Part shown: piece by piece, positions 43,453-58,418 of the stretch
How positions within the stretch are numbered: the first letter of the stretch is position 1
How the letters are laid out: each line of letters starts with the position of its first letter
From: the human T2T-CHM13v2.0 reference genome, Homo sapiens
Assembly (NCBI RefSeq): GCF_009914755.1
Contig: NC_060944.1
Direction: 5' to 3' (one strand)
DNA length: 64,000 nucleotides
Program-made: the position numbers and the translations under genes
The notes under the pieces: generated by a model
What the model was told of the DNA's origin: nothing
What the model saw: the letters and a program-made list of their open reading frames with translations, nothing else
Database searches by the model: none

Positions 43453-43736
43453 TTTGTTTTTTGAGACAGGGTCTCACTATGTCAACCAGGCTGAAGTGGA
43501 GTGGTGTGATCACAGCTCACTGCAACCTCAACCTCAAGCGATCCTCCTGCCTCAGCCTCTTGAGTAGCTGGGACTGTGGGCACACACCACCACACATGGC
43601 TAATTTTTGTATTTTTTGTAGAGATGGACTTTTGCCATGTTACCCAGGCTGGTCTTGAGCTCCTAGGGTCCAGTGATCTGCCCACCTCAGCCTCCAAAAC
43701 TGCTAGGATTACAGGCATCAGCCACTGTGCTCAGCC
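43453..43736 (-). mobile_element. AluJ
   Basis: Reverse dimer with J-type diagnostics. Confidence 0.9.
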
Positions 43737-43874
43737 CCTACTCATCACTCTTAAAAGAGGAATTTATAAAAGTCTTCAATAAACAAAAACCAAAGTGGAA
43801 TTTTTAAACAATTCCAGATGGTAGACAATGCAAACACCTGCTGGTAGTTACACATCCTACAGGAACCATCTTAC

Positions 43875-43991
43875 CTGTAGCCCCAGAAATATACACAGGT
43901 ACCAGGGAGGAACATCTTCTATGGTATAAATCATGTCTGATCGCTGGGGGTCCAGACTGCCAGTGCTATCCAGGGTCTCAGCGAGAGAGCT
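43875..43991 (-). CDS. SLC23A2: SVCT2 coding exon (117 nt, SSLAET...FLGLQ)
   Basis: Pyrimidine tract plus cgcag|AGC acceptor, CAG|gtaaga donor, phase 0-0; not in the ORF track. Confidence 0.96.
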
Positions 43992-45312
43992 CTGCGAGCC
44001 AGAAGGAGAAAAGAAGGTGCTCATTAAACGTGAAGACCAGTGTTAGCTCGGCCATGTACAGGCCACTATTACAGAAAAACAACTTTATCAAGTGGTTGCC
44101 ATCTTCCTGCAGTTTTGAGCCTTGGCTATCTTTGAAGCCAAGTATTCTCTTTGGCTCAAGTACAGTCGCCCACCGGGATGGTCAATCCTCAGAATTTGGG
44201 GGGTCAGCGTCCTTGGGCAACATCTCATCCCTGAGAACACCAAACTTGCTCAGAGCTTCTCCCCAGGCCTGGGGATCCTCCTGCATGGACAGAGATGTTC
44301 CCAGGTTGAGACCACAAAATGATACCTTGGCACGAGCAGTCCTTGCGTGAGACCCCAGATGAAAAAAATCTTAGAAAATTTTAACCACTTTCAAAGAGAC
44401 AGCACACTGATCTGCCCCTCCCAGCCCACTTCATCCCTGCAAGTAAAAAGGATCTTTGTACTTTAAAATTCTACACCCTCCTATCCAAACACTATTGCTC
44501 AGATAACGTTAGGCGAAAAGAGGAAAATTCTAAAGTATATAAACACGGTGATTTGAATTCTGTTTAAAAAACAAAACATTAAAAATGTATTGATAGTTTA
44601 GGTGACAGGTTTTTTCTTCTTTTTCTCCTAACACTAGTAAAAAAAATATTTTAAAACATTAAGTGTGGCATGGTTTTTTAAGCAAAAATCATCATAAAGA
44701 CCAGTCACTTTAGGTTAGAGTCCAGCCTCTTCCAATCACCCCCAGCATCAGTTCTGAACTCATGCAGTATCTGAGCCAAACAGAAAACTCAAGGTAGCCC
44801 CGAGTTCCCCAGGAGAACCTCAAAACTGCTCTGGTTTCAAACACCACACAAATAATCTTTCCTTGGAATTTCTACAATCATTTCTTGGAATCCAAGATAT
44901 GTATCTCATTTTAAGAAATGTTTTATAACCTAGCAAACAAAGTGTTTAACAGGAAACAAAATGAAGAGATATCCACATGGAAAAATGCTGATTCCATGTG
45001 TTCCACCCACATGGAGGCAACAGGGGTTTGGGGTTTGGGGCCCAATACCCTTAAACAAAAGAAGGGACACAGTTCACCCTCACCTTTCACAGCCAGAAGG
45101 TAAATGTCTGATGGAAGCTGACATCTCATCTAATCCAAATGTAACTGAATATGACCTTTTGGGTAAAACTTTCTCTTCCGTCCTAACAAGGGATACTGGC
45201 AAATTTACATTGTGTTGAATTTGTTACAATGGATTATGGATGTCTTTAAAAACTTGTTGGGAGAAATGGTAGAAAAAGTACGTATGTGTCTGAGGGGTGT
45301 AGCATGTAGTGA

Positions 45313-46000
45313 TGTACAATAAAGATTAACTCAGCAGGTCTGGGTTGTCCAAACCCCGCACATTTCAAAGAAAGGGTTGAGTCTTGCCTGGTACGTGGGG
45401 GATAACCTGAGCTCTTGGGGTTTCTGCCTCTTAAACATGTCTTTTTAGGCCCAGTGCAGTGGCTCACACCTGTGGTCCCAGCACCATGGGATGCTAAGGT
45501 GTGAGGATCACTTGAGACCAGGGTTCAAGAACAGCCTGGGCAACATAGTGAGGCCTCTTCTCTAGTTTATACATATTTTTTTACCTGAAACTTGGCCACA
45601 CAGTGTCAGCTTGACCTCTGGAGGGGCTGGTGAGTAATTAAAGTTAGCCACATAGGCAGTCAGCCATACCTATACGACAGATCCCCAATTAAAAACCCTG
45701 GACACCAAGGCTTGGATGAGCTTCCCTGGCTGAATGGGTGTTATCACATATCACTGCTGGGAAAACTGAACACTGCCTGCATGACTCCACTGGGAGAGGA
45801 TGGCTGCAAGCCTGTGCCTGGTGTCTCCTAGACCCTGCCTATGTGCCTTTTTCCATTGTTGATTTTAATCTGTATCCTTTCTCTGAAGAAAAAAACAACC
45901 AAAAAAAAAAACCCTTAACTGTGAGTAAAACAGCTCTGCTGAATTCTCTGAGTCTTTCTCATAAATCACAGAACCTGATTTGGGAACTTCTGAACTGAGG
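45313..46000 (+). mobile_element. Solo ERVL-class LTR (MER77-like) with a FLAM-type Alu monomer inserted at about 45448-45565
   Basis: ctcagcaggtctgggttgtccaaaccc, cagcttgacctctggaggggctgg and aaaaccctggacaccaaggct match the remembered MER21/68/77 group. Confidence 0.7.
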
Positions 46001-46273
46001 GCACCATTTTGCTAACGTGATGGAATTACAGACCTGGGGCTCACTACACAAAGGTCAGCTCAACAGCACCGCGTCAGCTACAGCCACACAGGTGGTGCTG
46101 CTGCTCACAAAGTAACATGACAAAGTATTTCATAACAAAGAGAAATGTCTGAAGACAGAATACATAACCCTATCATAGACTAGTACAACCTGTTATACAG
46201 TAATGTAAGCAACATTTTTCTAACAATTCCAAAACCACTAGTGTTAATTATAAGGCAGATGAAAAGACTTTTT

Positions 46274-46569
<296 letters not shown>

Positions 46570-47166
46570 GCAAGACTTTTTGCATCCAGGCAGAGGTTAA
46601 GATGTACACACAGGCGTATGTATGCACATGCACACACACAAGCTTTTCTTAGTAATGAGGGTAGCCCTACAACTCAGAAACAAAACTAGTGTAAAGGTCC
46701 ACAACTGGTACTAAAATGATACAGGAGGGGGCTGTGTGGTCAAGAGGATCAGACAACACTGTGAGGCAGACGCTGTGCCCCCCCTCCTGATGACAGAAGG
46801 ACCACTCTGGCCATTGTGCACTCTACGCACTGTGGCGCCACACTCAGTGATCACTGTAAACTATGAGCTATTTTAAATACTGCAAAAACAAAAACCTCTA
46901 ATAAGGTTTCTGTAAAAGATGACTACATAAATAATTACGTCACTTTACAAAGACTTTCCATCTTATTCTATGGTCCAAAATAATCTAAAGAACAAAAAAA
47001 CTGCCTGTGCTCCAAAGACTAGAGTGAACTCAGAACGCTGTTCTCTGCCTGGAGCCTTCTTAACATTTTTAATAACCTTTGCTATCTCCTCTGCGGTTAT
47101 TTATCTAGTCTAGCACCTTTGGGGTCGATTGTAGTCTCTTTCTCTAGGAAATCATTTCTTCTGCAG

Positions 47167-47355
47167 CACAGTCAGCACATATTTTTTATAAAGGACCATA
47201 CAGTAAATATTTCAAGCTTTGGGAGCCACATGGTTCTGTCACTGTAGCATGGATGCAGCCTTAGGCAATAGGTAAACGAAGAAATGTGGCTGTGTTCCAG
47301 CAAAACTCTACTGAGAAGAACAGATATTAAACCAAATTTGGCTTGCCAACCCCCG
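47167..47355. mobile_element. MER58-like hAT MITE (opposite orientation to the 29622 copy)
   Basis: agtaaatattt...gctttg and gtggctgtgttcca motifs. Confidence 0.65.
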
Positions 47356-47425
47356 CTGTAGCGTTTCAAACTGATTATCATAAAGTAGCATGTATTATTC
47401 TCTTGTACATTTCTCCTTTTTACTA

Positions 47426-48149
<724 letters not shown>

Positions 48150-48699
48150 TTAAGCATGGTAGATTGACCACATGTGTCTTTTCTTCTAAGTCCTAAAAAC
48201 AGGAGGAATAAATATGATACTCATCAACAAGGACAAAGCAAAGAGGAGATCAAGAAAAAGAGATTAATATTTTTTTTAATATGGAAATTGTTTGGATGAT
48301 TTGTGACCAATTTGGGAGAGGGAAGGAATGCACAAGCTGGGTGCTCATAGAAGGATGCTGTGAAGAGGTGGGCTGGCTGACCAGCAGGACCCCAGAAAGT
48401 GCTATGCTTGGAAGCACTAGACAGAGTAGCAATGGGGAGAGGACAGGTCTTAACTCCGCAAACTGGTCAGACAGTGTGTTAACTACTGCTATCCTCCTCC
48501 TTCAAGAAACAAATATGTATGGTTTGAAGAATATAAATTGGAAAGCCCTCAGGCTGAGGAATACCACACAGCGATCAAGGAAAACAGCAGCAGCAGGATA
48601 CTCATCTGCTTCCAGAATGCCAGAAACCAGGTCACAGAAGCCAGACTTATACCCACAGGAGACCACACGATTCCTTTCTAGAGAAAGCTGATCAGCCCC

Positions 48700-50070
48700 A
48701 AAGACAAGATAGTGACATCTATAGATCCCACAGAGACAACACGGCTTTCCACCTGGTCACTCAAGGGCAGGCCCACGATTAGATAAACTTCATCACACAC
48801 AAAGACCTCACAATCCTATCTTTTATTGCCTCCTATCCTGGAACAGTGAAGAAAGACTAAAAAAATGAAGGCAAAGAAACAGAAAATATAATCAATGTAG
48901 TATTTTTTAAAAAGCTTAAAAAAAAACTATCTTCAGAAAAATAAAGTTACTTCAATTGTGGGAGACAAAGAATGCTTTTTAAAGACTTTAACCAGTAAAC
49001 AAAACCAAAAAACAATAAAAGAGGTCTCAGAAATTAAGCACAGGATAGTTTTTTAAAACTCAACAGAAGGGCTGGAAGTCAAAGGTAGCTCTCAAAAATA
49101 AGAAAAAGACAAATATAGGTAAGAGTTAAGTGTTAAATGTCAGAACAAGGAAAAAAGAATATAGAAATTAACCAAAGAAATAAGAAAAATTTAAGAAATA
49201 AAGGACATGTTAACAAATTAGAAGGATACTACAGTATTCAATGGATTAATGAAAAAATGCATTTTGAAAATAAAACAATCATTCTTACTAAGGAAGGCCT
49301 TAAAATTCAAACAGACATTTAAGGGAAACTGGAAATAAACATGAGTTTACATAATTTGGCCAGATGGAAAGGAAAAAAAATACAAAAAACTATGAAAGTG
49401 TGAGGAGCACAAGGAAGAACAGATAAGCTGCAAAACAGAGTAAGTGTCAGAGACTAGAATGAAAAAGCTCCGTGCTAAGAGGAAAAAAAAGATTAAAGAG
49501 AACTGATAGCTGGAGGAGGCAGGCAAAGAACAAACAAAACATGCATAATTGCAGCTCCCAAATCAGAAACCAAAAGAATAGACTGGAATTAATATTTAAA
49601 GATACAATTCCTGAGATAATAGCAGCCTCAAAGCTAAATATTGAAAATGCCAGGAAAAACTGGCCCAGAAAAGGATATACACATGGGTCTTGAGCATGTG
49701 TAAAGAGATGCAGCCTCACTAATGAAAAATCAGGATAAAACTACAGTGACGAACCTAAGCTGAGAGAGATTCTACAAAGTAAACTGGCTTGTACCATGTT
49801 ACATTAACAACGAAAAATTGTTCCAGATTAAAGGAGACTAAAGATATACCTAAAAAGTAAATGCCTCAACAGCCCCTGATTTGATTCCTGGACCAAAACT
49901 TTTAAAATTAATTAACTTATTTATTTATTTTACAATAATGAACATTATTTGGACAACTGAGGAAATGTGAATAAAGCTTGTAGATATTAAATATTTTAAA
50001 ATTGGGATTAAGTAATAAAATCAATTAGGTATTGTATGACTAATAATTTAATTCATCAGTGTTAAGAATT
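48700..50070 (+). mobile_element. Degenerate old L1M fragments
   Basis: Strongly A-rich L1-like composition; ttccagattaaaggagactaaaga L1M 3' motif. Confidence 0.5.
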
Positions 50071-50079
50071 GTACTGTAG

Positions 50080-50370
<291 letters not shown>

Positions 50371-50589
50371 ACATTGTACTGAAGTTATAAAACAAAGAGA
50401 ATGTCTTTGTTTTAAGGAAATACACATGCAGTATTTTCCCTAAATAAAGAGGCATTATGTCTGTGAGATTTGAACAGCTCAAAAATAATAATATGCCTAC
50501 AAGAAGGATGAAGAAAATACAGTAAAATGTTAACATCTGGGGCATCTGTTTGTGTGTACCTATGTGGAAAGTGGTATGGAATATACATA

Positions 50590-50800
50590 CAGGTTGAAAA
50601 TGCTTGGAACCCAAATGTTTTGGATTTCAGATTTTTTTGGGATTTTGAAATACTTACTGGTTGCGCATCACAATCCCAAAACTCAAATCCAAAATGCTCC
50701 AATGAGCAAGCATTTCCTTTGAGCATCATGTCGGTGCTCAAAAAATTTCAGATATTGGAACATTGCAGATTTCAGATCTCAGTTTTAGGACGGTTACTCT
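50590..50800. mobile_element. Tigger4 (Zombi)-like MITE
   Basis: tacaggttga start; ttttggatttcagatttt and aaatgctccaatgagca...tttcctttgagcatcatgtcggtgctcaaaaa. Confidence 0.8.
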
Positions 50801-50997
50801 ACATCAGGTTGCCAGCCGCTGGTTACGTAGAATATATAAAGAACGTAGGGGGCACATTTTCAACTTTCTCCATTTTTTGGACTGTTTACTATTAGACAAT
50901 CATGTTAAAATGAATGTCATTTTTTTTTTGGAACAACTAGTCCTTTAACAAAAGATAGCTTAAAGAGAATCCACAGGGATCAAGTCAGAAAAGGTCT

Positions 50998-51290
50998 CTT
51001 TTGTTTTGAGACAGTCTCACTTTGTCACTCAGGTTGGAGTGCAGTAGTGCTATCTTGGCTCACTACAACCTCTGCCTCCTGGATTCAAGCAATTCTCTTG
51101 CCTCAGCCTCCCAAGTAGCTGGGATTACAGGCGAATGTCATGAAGCCCGGCTAAATTTTTTTGTATTTTTAGTAGAGACGGGGTTTCACCATGTTGCCCA
51201 GGCTAGTCTCAAACTCCTGAGCTCAGGCAATCCACCCACCTTGGCCTCCCAAAGTGCTGGCATTACATGCATGAGCCACCCACCTGGACC
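50998..51290 (-). mobile_element. AluS
   Basis: Perfect 18-bp TSD aagtcagaaaaggtctct. Confidence 0.95.
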
Positions 51291-51524
51291 AAGTCAGAAA
51301 AGGTCTCTAACAAAAAAAAGTAGATCTCAAAGTTACAGAAGACAAGTTTATTTTATCTTGTATTTAATATGATAATTGCAACTAAGCATTTGAAACAACG
51401 GGCAGCAAAAGGCCCAGTGGCACACAGGGCAGCACATCCAGTGCAGGCTCTTTAATAACCAGCTTACATGCCACTCTGCTCACACTGGGGCAATCCGGCT
51501 TCCTGAGAGCCTTCCACTACTTTT

Positions 51525-51828
51525 GGCCGGGTATGGTGGCTCACGCCTGTAATCTGAGCACTTTGGGAGGCCAAGGCGGATAAATCACCTGAGGTCAGGA
51601 GTTTGAGACCAGCCTGACCAACATGGTAAATCCCCAACTTTACTAAAAATACAAAAAAAAATTAGCCTGGTATGATGGCGTGCGCCTCTGGTCCCAGCTA
51701 CTCAGGAGGCTGAGGTAGGAGAATCGCTTGAACCAGGGAGGCAGAGATTGTAGCGAGCAGAGACTGGGCCACTCCACTTCAGCCTGGGTGACAGAGTGAG
51801 ACTCTGTCTCAAGAAAAAAAAAAAAAAA
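51525..51828 (+). mobile_element. AluS
   Basis: Full dimer with poly(A). Confidence 0.95.
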
Positions 51829-51859
51829 CAGCCCGCTGAGGGTCTGGCTTAATGACTAG

Positions 51860-52173
<314 letters not shown>

Positions 52174-53249
52174 TAGCACTATTTAATATGTAGCAGCTCT
52201 TCTCACTGCCCTCCTCATTTCATAAAGTAAGAAAAATGGCCAGGAAAATATTAAGATACTCCATTTCATTGGTATTCAAGGAAATACAAATGTATCAATG
52301 TTTAGACAATGAAAAAATGTTCACCCAAACAGGAAAATGAACATCTAGCATAAATGTGCTAGAGACATTTTTCCTACAACTGGATCCCTCCCATCAGTAA
52401 AAGGTAAAGCTAAGCCCCAAAGTGTTAATGCTCATCACTATTTATTTCTAAAGACGATCTCCAGACAGAGAAGGAGGAAGTCTGAAAACATGACAGCCTG
52501 GAATCATGGCATAGAGGATTATATGTGGCCCACCAAGTCTGTGAAGAAGCCCTTTGTTACAAGATGGACCGTGTGAAAGCTGCGGCCCGGCAGTGTGGGA
52601 TGTGCCTCAGCTGCAGACCACAGGCACCAATCCACATGCCAAACACCACTGCACTAACCTTTGGGGAGCAGCTTGGAACCCCGCACTTCTGGAATTTCAG
52701 TATCTCTGCCTGAATCTACTTTAATTAACCTCCATAAAATTTATAATAGCTCCAAGCAGCAGGAAAATAATAACAATATTGGTTGAGAGGCAAAAATGAA
52801 ATTTCCATATCCCAGACTGGAATTTTGTTTAAAAGGGCATAAAATTTGGTTATTTCAGAATTTCAATACAATTTATTTGTTCTTAATCACTTTAGTGATT
52901 ACACTGTGAACTCACCATGCTAATACCCAACTCAGGTACTATATTTGTATGTGTCAACTTCTGGGTGGTCTGTTATTAGAATACATAGTATACACTGTCT
53001 ACAGTATAATACAGTGGTTCCAGAATAGAATTTCTCATTACATAAATTGTTTAGTTTCTTATTATGTCAGCTGAAAATTAGTAAATTTTCATAGTATAAA
53101 TAAAACCTGTGTTTAAAATCTATCAAGTAAAACTCAAATGAAAGCCTCAGAGCTGCGATACAATTTGGAGATATCAGATTATCTAACTTCTCATATGTTA
53201 GACATCATGGCAGATACAAAGAAAAAAAGAAATCGGGATATCTGGACCT

Positions 53250-53570
53250 ACTTTATTTTATTTTTATTTATGAATTTATTTATTTTTTTTAGAGACAGGG
53301 TCTTACTCTGTCTTCCCAGTTGGAGTACAGAAGCATGATCTTAGCTCACTGTAGCCTCAAACTCTTAGGCTCAAGCAATTCTCCTGCCCCTGAGTAGCTG
53401 CTACTATAGGCACACATCACCACACCTGGATAATTATTTCTTTTTTTTTTTTTTTGTAGAGACAGGATCTTGCTACGTTGCCCAGGCTGGTCTCAAACTC
53501 CTGGCCTCAAGCAATCTTCCCGCCTCAGCCTCCCAAAGTATTGGGATTATAGGTGTGAGCCACTGAGCCC
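53250..53570 (-). mobile_element. AluJ
   Basis: Reverse dimer with J-type diagnostics. Confidence 0.9.
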
Positions 53571-54309
53571 AGATTGGAGCCGCTTTGGGCAACTTTATCC
53601 TGACCTCTATGGTCACAAAGTCTGACCATTCAAGGAGATGGAACGAGGCACAGAGCAAAACAAAAATAAACAAAAAAACCACAAACACGATTCTCCCCAC
53701 CTTAGTGTGCCATTTCCATTGGCACACTAAGGTGCCAAAGGTGCTACGGTCAAAACTCAAAGGCATTTTCATAGGCTGCATAAACCACTTGCTGATTTCC
53801 CTTATTCTCTTATTTACTGCACATGTATCTGTAACAGGCACGATGCTAATAACTTCACATATCATTTCATTCAATCCACAAAACAACCAGATGTTGACAT
53901 TTTTATTCCCATTTTAGAGACAGGGAACTGAGGCCCAGAGAACTTCTATAATTTCCTCAGTCTGACTCATATTTGCACCCAGACCTGATGCCAGACCTCA
54001 AGCTCTTAACCACTTCCCTCTGCCATCTTGGCTGAGGCCTTTTTAAATACCTGGATCCTCCTCTATGGTTCTCACCTTAAATGCCATTAAAACAATCAAA
54101 AAAAAAAAAAAAAAAAAACTAGTAACTTCTATTCCCTATGGCTCCTCCTACTTCCCTTATGAAGAGAACACAGCCCCTTGGGAGTCAGAGACCAAGCCCC
54201 AGACGAAGGACATGCAAGTGTCTGAAAGGGATCCGGATCCAGATCCGGGGCAGCACTTGTGGGAGGGGATGGCGGTGGGAGTGGGGACACGGGGTGACGG
54301 AAGGGGTAC

Positions 54310-54408
54310 CTTTTCTGCAATGCCGTTTTCCGTAGTGTAGATCGCCATGAGCTCAGTGTCCTCATTGTCCTGCTCACCGCTGGAGGTGGCGCCTCCATTT
54401 ATCACCAC
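54310..54408 (-). CDS. SLC23A2: SVCT2 coding exon (99 nt, VVINGG...GIAEK)
   Basis: ctgcag|GTG acceptor, AAG|gtaccc donor, phase 0-0. Confidence 0.96.
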
Positions 54409-55009
54409 CTGCAGAGACAATCCACTTAGAGGCTGTTTCAGCGTGAACCACATTTTCCTCCCCCCGAAAGCCATTTGTAATTCTCCTGGTGAGTGCATGA
54501 CCAGGCATGGTTTTGATGGAGAAACATACTCCATGTACCGTATGGGGAGGCTGCCTTAGCAGAAGGCTCAGCCGGGGAGAAAAGAAATAAAATCCCAGGG
54601 CAACCTCAGCAGGGGCACCCCCACATCCTTCAGGGGAAGGGAAGTTTGGCTCAGAGGCCCATGCTGTTTGTGGACGAGGCCCAGGCTGAACAGGTGAGAG
54701 TACCCTGAGCTGCCTCGGTTAAGATCCCTGCCCACATAACCACCTGAGGCCGACTTCCTGCACCTAGAAGGGGAAATGTTCTAGCTGGAGGAACTCAAGC
54801 TTTGCTGTTCACCTAAGTAAACCAGCCCACTGGAGAACACTCCTCGGTAAGGGGCCACACCATCGTCCCGGGTTCTGCCAGCCAGTAGCAAGAGCCATAA
54901 AATATTTTTACTTTTTAGCCAAACGGTTCCACTTCTAGGAATCTATACTGGAGAACAATAATGAGAACAAAAGCTTTAACCCAAAGAAAGTAATCACTGT
55001 TTATAATAA

Positions 55010-55360
<351 letters not shown>

Positions 55361-55519
55361 TAACTAGTTATAGGCCACTGACACCCAGAATACTACAAGG
55401 GAAAAGATTTTTACACAGAGTAATATCAAGGAAAATGCACATGTAATAAATATTAAGGTAACTGTATATATGGTTAACAGTGCAACTACATTTAAAAACT
55501 ACAGATTTAAAAAGTATAT

Positions 55520-56190
55520 TAAAAGTTCAAATTCTGGCATTGTGAAATACACTAAAAGCAAGCAGAAGACAAGTGATGGCCTAGGAGAAAATACAGTGCA
55601 GCAGATATAAAAAGGGTCAGTATCAATATGCGTAAAGAACACCTCAAACCAATAATAAAACCAAACGATCCAATTCATCCCTGAGAGGCCTAAGGAAAAA
55701 GGATGGAAAGGAAATGGGCAAGGGCTAGGAATATATCATTCATAGAAGAAAAACATATATACAATAAAACACATGAAAAGCTGTTCCATATCATTTTAAA
55801 TTATGGAAATAATTATTAAAATTTTATTTTAAAAAAAACAAACTTAGAGGGAAACTTAAAAAACTGAACCAGGTATTGACCAAGGTATGGGGGAGAGTTA
55901 CTCTCCTGTGTTCTTGGAGAGAACATGCTCTTGGTGGAATGGCCTTCATGGAGGGAAATTTGGCAATGGGATTTAAAACAGGTATTTCTGTGGATCCAGC
56001 AATTATACTCATAGAAGCTTATCCTCTAGAAATATCCATGCAGGTAATATATATATTCAAGGTTGATCACTGCTGTAATTTATGAAATACTGAATACTTG
56101 GGGACAACATAAATGTCCATCAAAAAGACACAGTTACATTATTATACACTCATTTAGAGGAGATAATCAGCCATTAAAAATAATAAAGCA
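55520..56190 (+). mobile_element. Old L1M ORF2/3' fragment
   Basis: aaatgggcaagg, gagggaaatttggcaat, gatccagcaatt and aaatgtccatcaa motifs. Confidence 0.65.
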
Positions 56191-56470
56191 CTGGACACGG
56201 TGGCTCAGGACTGTAATCCTGGCACTTTGGAAGGCTGAGGCAGGCAGATCACCTGAGGTCGGGAGTTCGAGACCAGCTGGCCAACACAGTGAAACCCCGT
56301 CTCTACTAAAAATACAAAAATAAGCCAGGCATGGCGTTGCACATCTGTAGTCCCAGCTACTCAGGAGGCTGAGGCAGGAGAACTGCTGGAACATGAAAGG
56401 TGGGGGTTGCACTCCAGCCTGGGTGACCGAGCAAGACATCGACTCTAAATAAATACATAAATAAATAAAT
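56190..56470 (+). mobile_element. AluS with internal deletion and (TAAA)n tail
   Basis: Dimer missing part of the right arm. Confidence 0.9.
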
Positions 56471-57082
56471 AGCTAGCTGATGTACTAATTAAAAAAAAAC
56501 TCCAAGAAATACTGTTTTTAAAAAGTTATAAAACAATAAGCCTAGAATTATCCCAACTGAGCTAAAAAAGAAAATTGTAATGACCCCACCACTTGTCTAA
56601 AAAGGACAGAAAAGCATACAGGAAAATCACAACCAGTAGGAAGGGTGCTGCCTTAGGGACAAGAACGGCAATAGCAGACACCTTTCATCTTTTTACTCAC
56701 AACCCTTTGTAAGTGTTTGGATCTTTTATGATCAGGATGTATTTGTGTTATTTGTATACTGCTTTTTTAAAAATGGATAATTTAAAAAAAAAGACATACT
56801 CCAAAATGCTAACAGTGGTTGTCCTTAATTGGTAGGGCCATTTTTGCCAACTTTTTCCCCTTTTTATATTTTGGTCATTTCCTAAAATGAGTAAGTACAA
56901 TTTATTTTGATAATAGGGAAGAAATTTAAGACTAAAATCCTAGCAGTACAGCTTGGATTGAGGAGGTCCAGAGAGATTCCCAATTCATGTGTTTTTGTAG
57001 TCAAGGAAATCAGGGCAGTGAAAAATTAGGTTTCTCATTCAAGGTCATACAGATTATAACCTAGGTCTGAAGTGGGTTTTTA

Positions 57083-57434
<352 letters not shown>

Positions 57435-58094
57435 TTAGTACATACTCCTACAGAGCAGAATTCTCTTACATTACTTCAAATAAAGACCTGCTTTTAAAAT
57501 TATTTCTCAAACATGTTATAGTTTTTTACACAAGCCAACTGAGTTTGTGGAGCTGGTTTACCTATAAAAACTGGCTGCTGGGAGGATACACATTCCTGGC
57601 CAAGTTCAGGTCCACGAGATGAAACTCTTAACTTACAGAGAGAACTGTGCTCCAAGTCATATCGCAGCAGTGCTCAACCCACTGAGAAGCCAAGAGCAAC
57701 ACGCTCTCAGGATGAACTCTCCTAAAACACGGATCAGTTACTAAATCATTAGAGAAACCTAGATATGATTGAAAGTCTGACTCTAGCCAAACTAACCTTC
57801 ACCTGCATTTATCTCGGGTTGCTGCAGGGAACAGCAACTTTACCAGTAAGGGGTTTCCTTTGCAGGAGATGAAAATGTTTTGGAACCAAATGGACGAGGC
57901 TGTATAACACTGTGAGTGTATTAAAATATCACTGAATTGTTCACTTTAATTTCATGTTATGCAAACTTCACCTCGATACATTAAAAAAAATCATCTGTAT
58001 ACATGGCACTAAGAAGATAGATTTTGAAATGAGTTAGCAATTCCTACTGCTCCCCTGACACATTCCACTCACTACTTATACATACACAAATAAG

Positions 58095-58418
58095 TATAAT
58101 GATCCCCAACTTAAATGGTTAAACTTAGGATTTTTTGACTTTACAGTGGTACAAAAGTGATATGTATTCCGTAGAAACTGTCAAGTACCCATACAACCCC
58201 TCTGCTCTTCACTTCAGTATTCAAGAAACTGCAAGAGATATTCAACACTTCACCATAAAATAGGCTTTGTGTTAGATGCTTTTGCCTAACTACAGGCTAA
58301 TGTAAGGGTTCTGAGCACATGTGAGGTAGGCGGGGTTAAGCTATGAATTGCCAGTAGGTTAGGTGTATTAAATGCATTTTAGGGGTGTAACTCTGTCATA
58401 AGTCAAGGAACATCTGTA
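58095..58418. mobile_element. Tigger5/MER47-like MITE
   Basis: aaaataggctttgtgttagatg, gtaggttaggtgtattaaatgcatttt, ends ataagtcaaggaacatctgta. Confidence 0.7.

Noticed and set aside
54157-54534. 125-aa ORF extending the 99-nt exon on both sides
   Set aside because: Read-through into introns past clear splice sites; only 54310-54408 matches SVCT2
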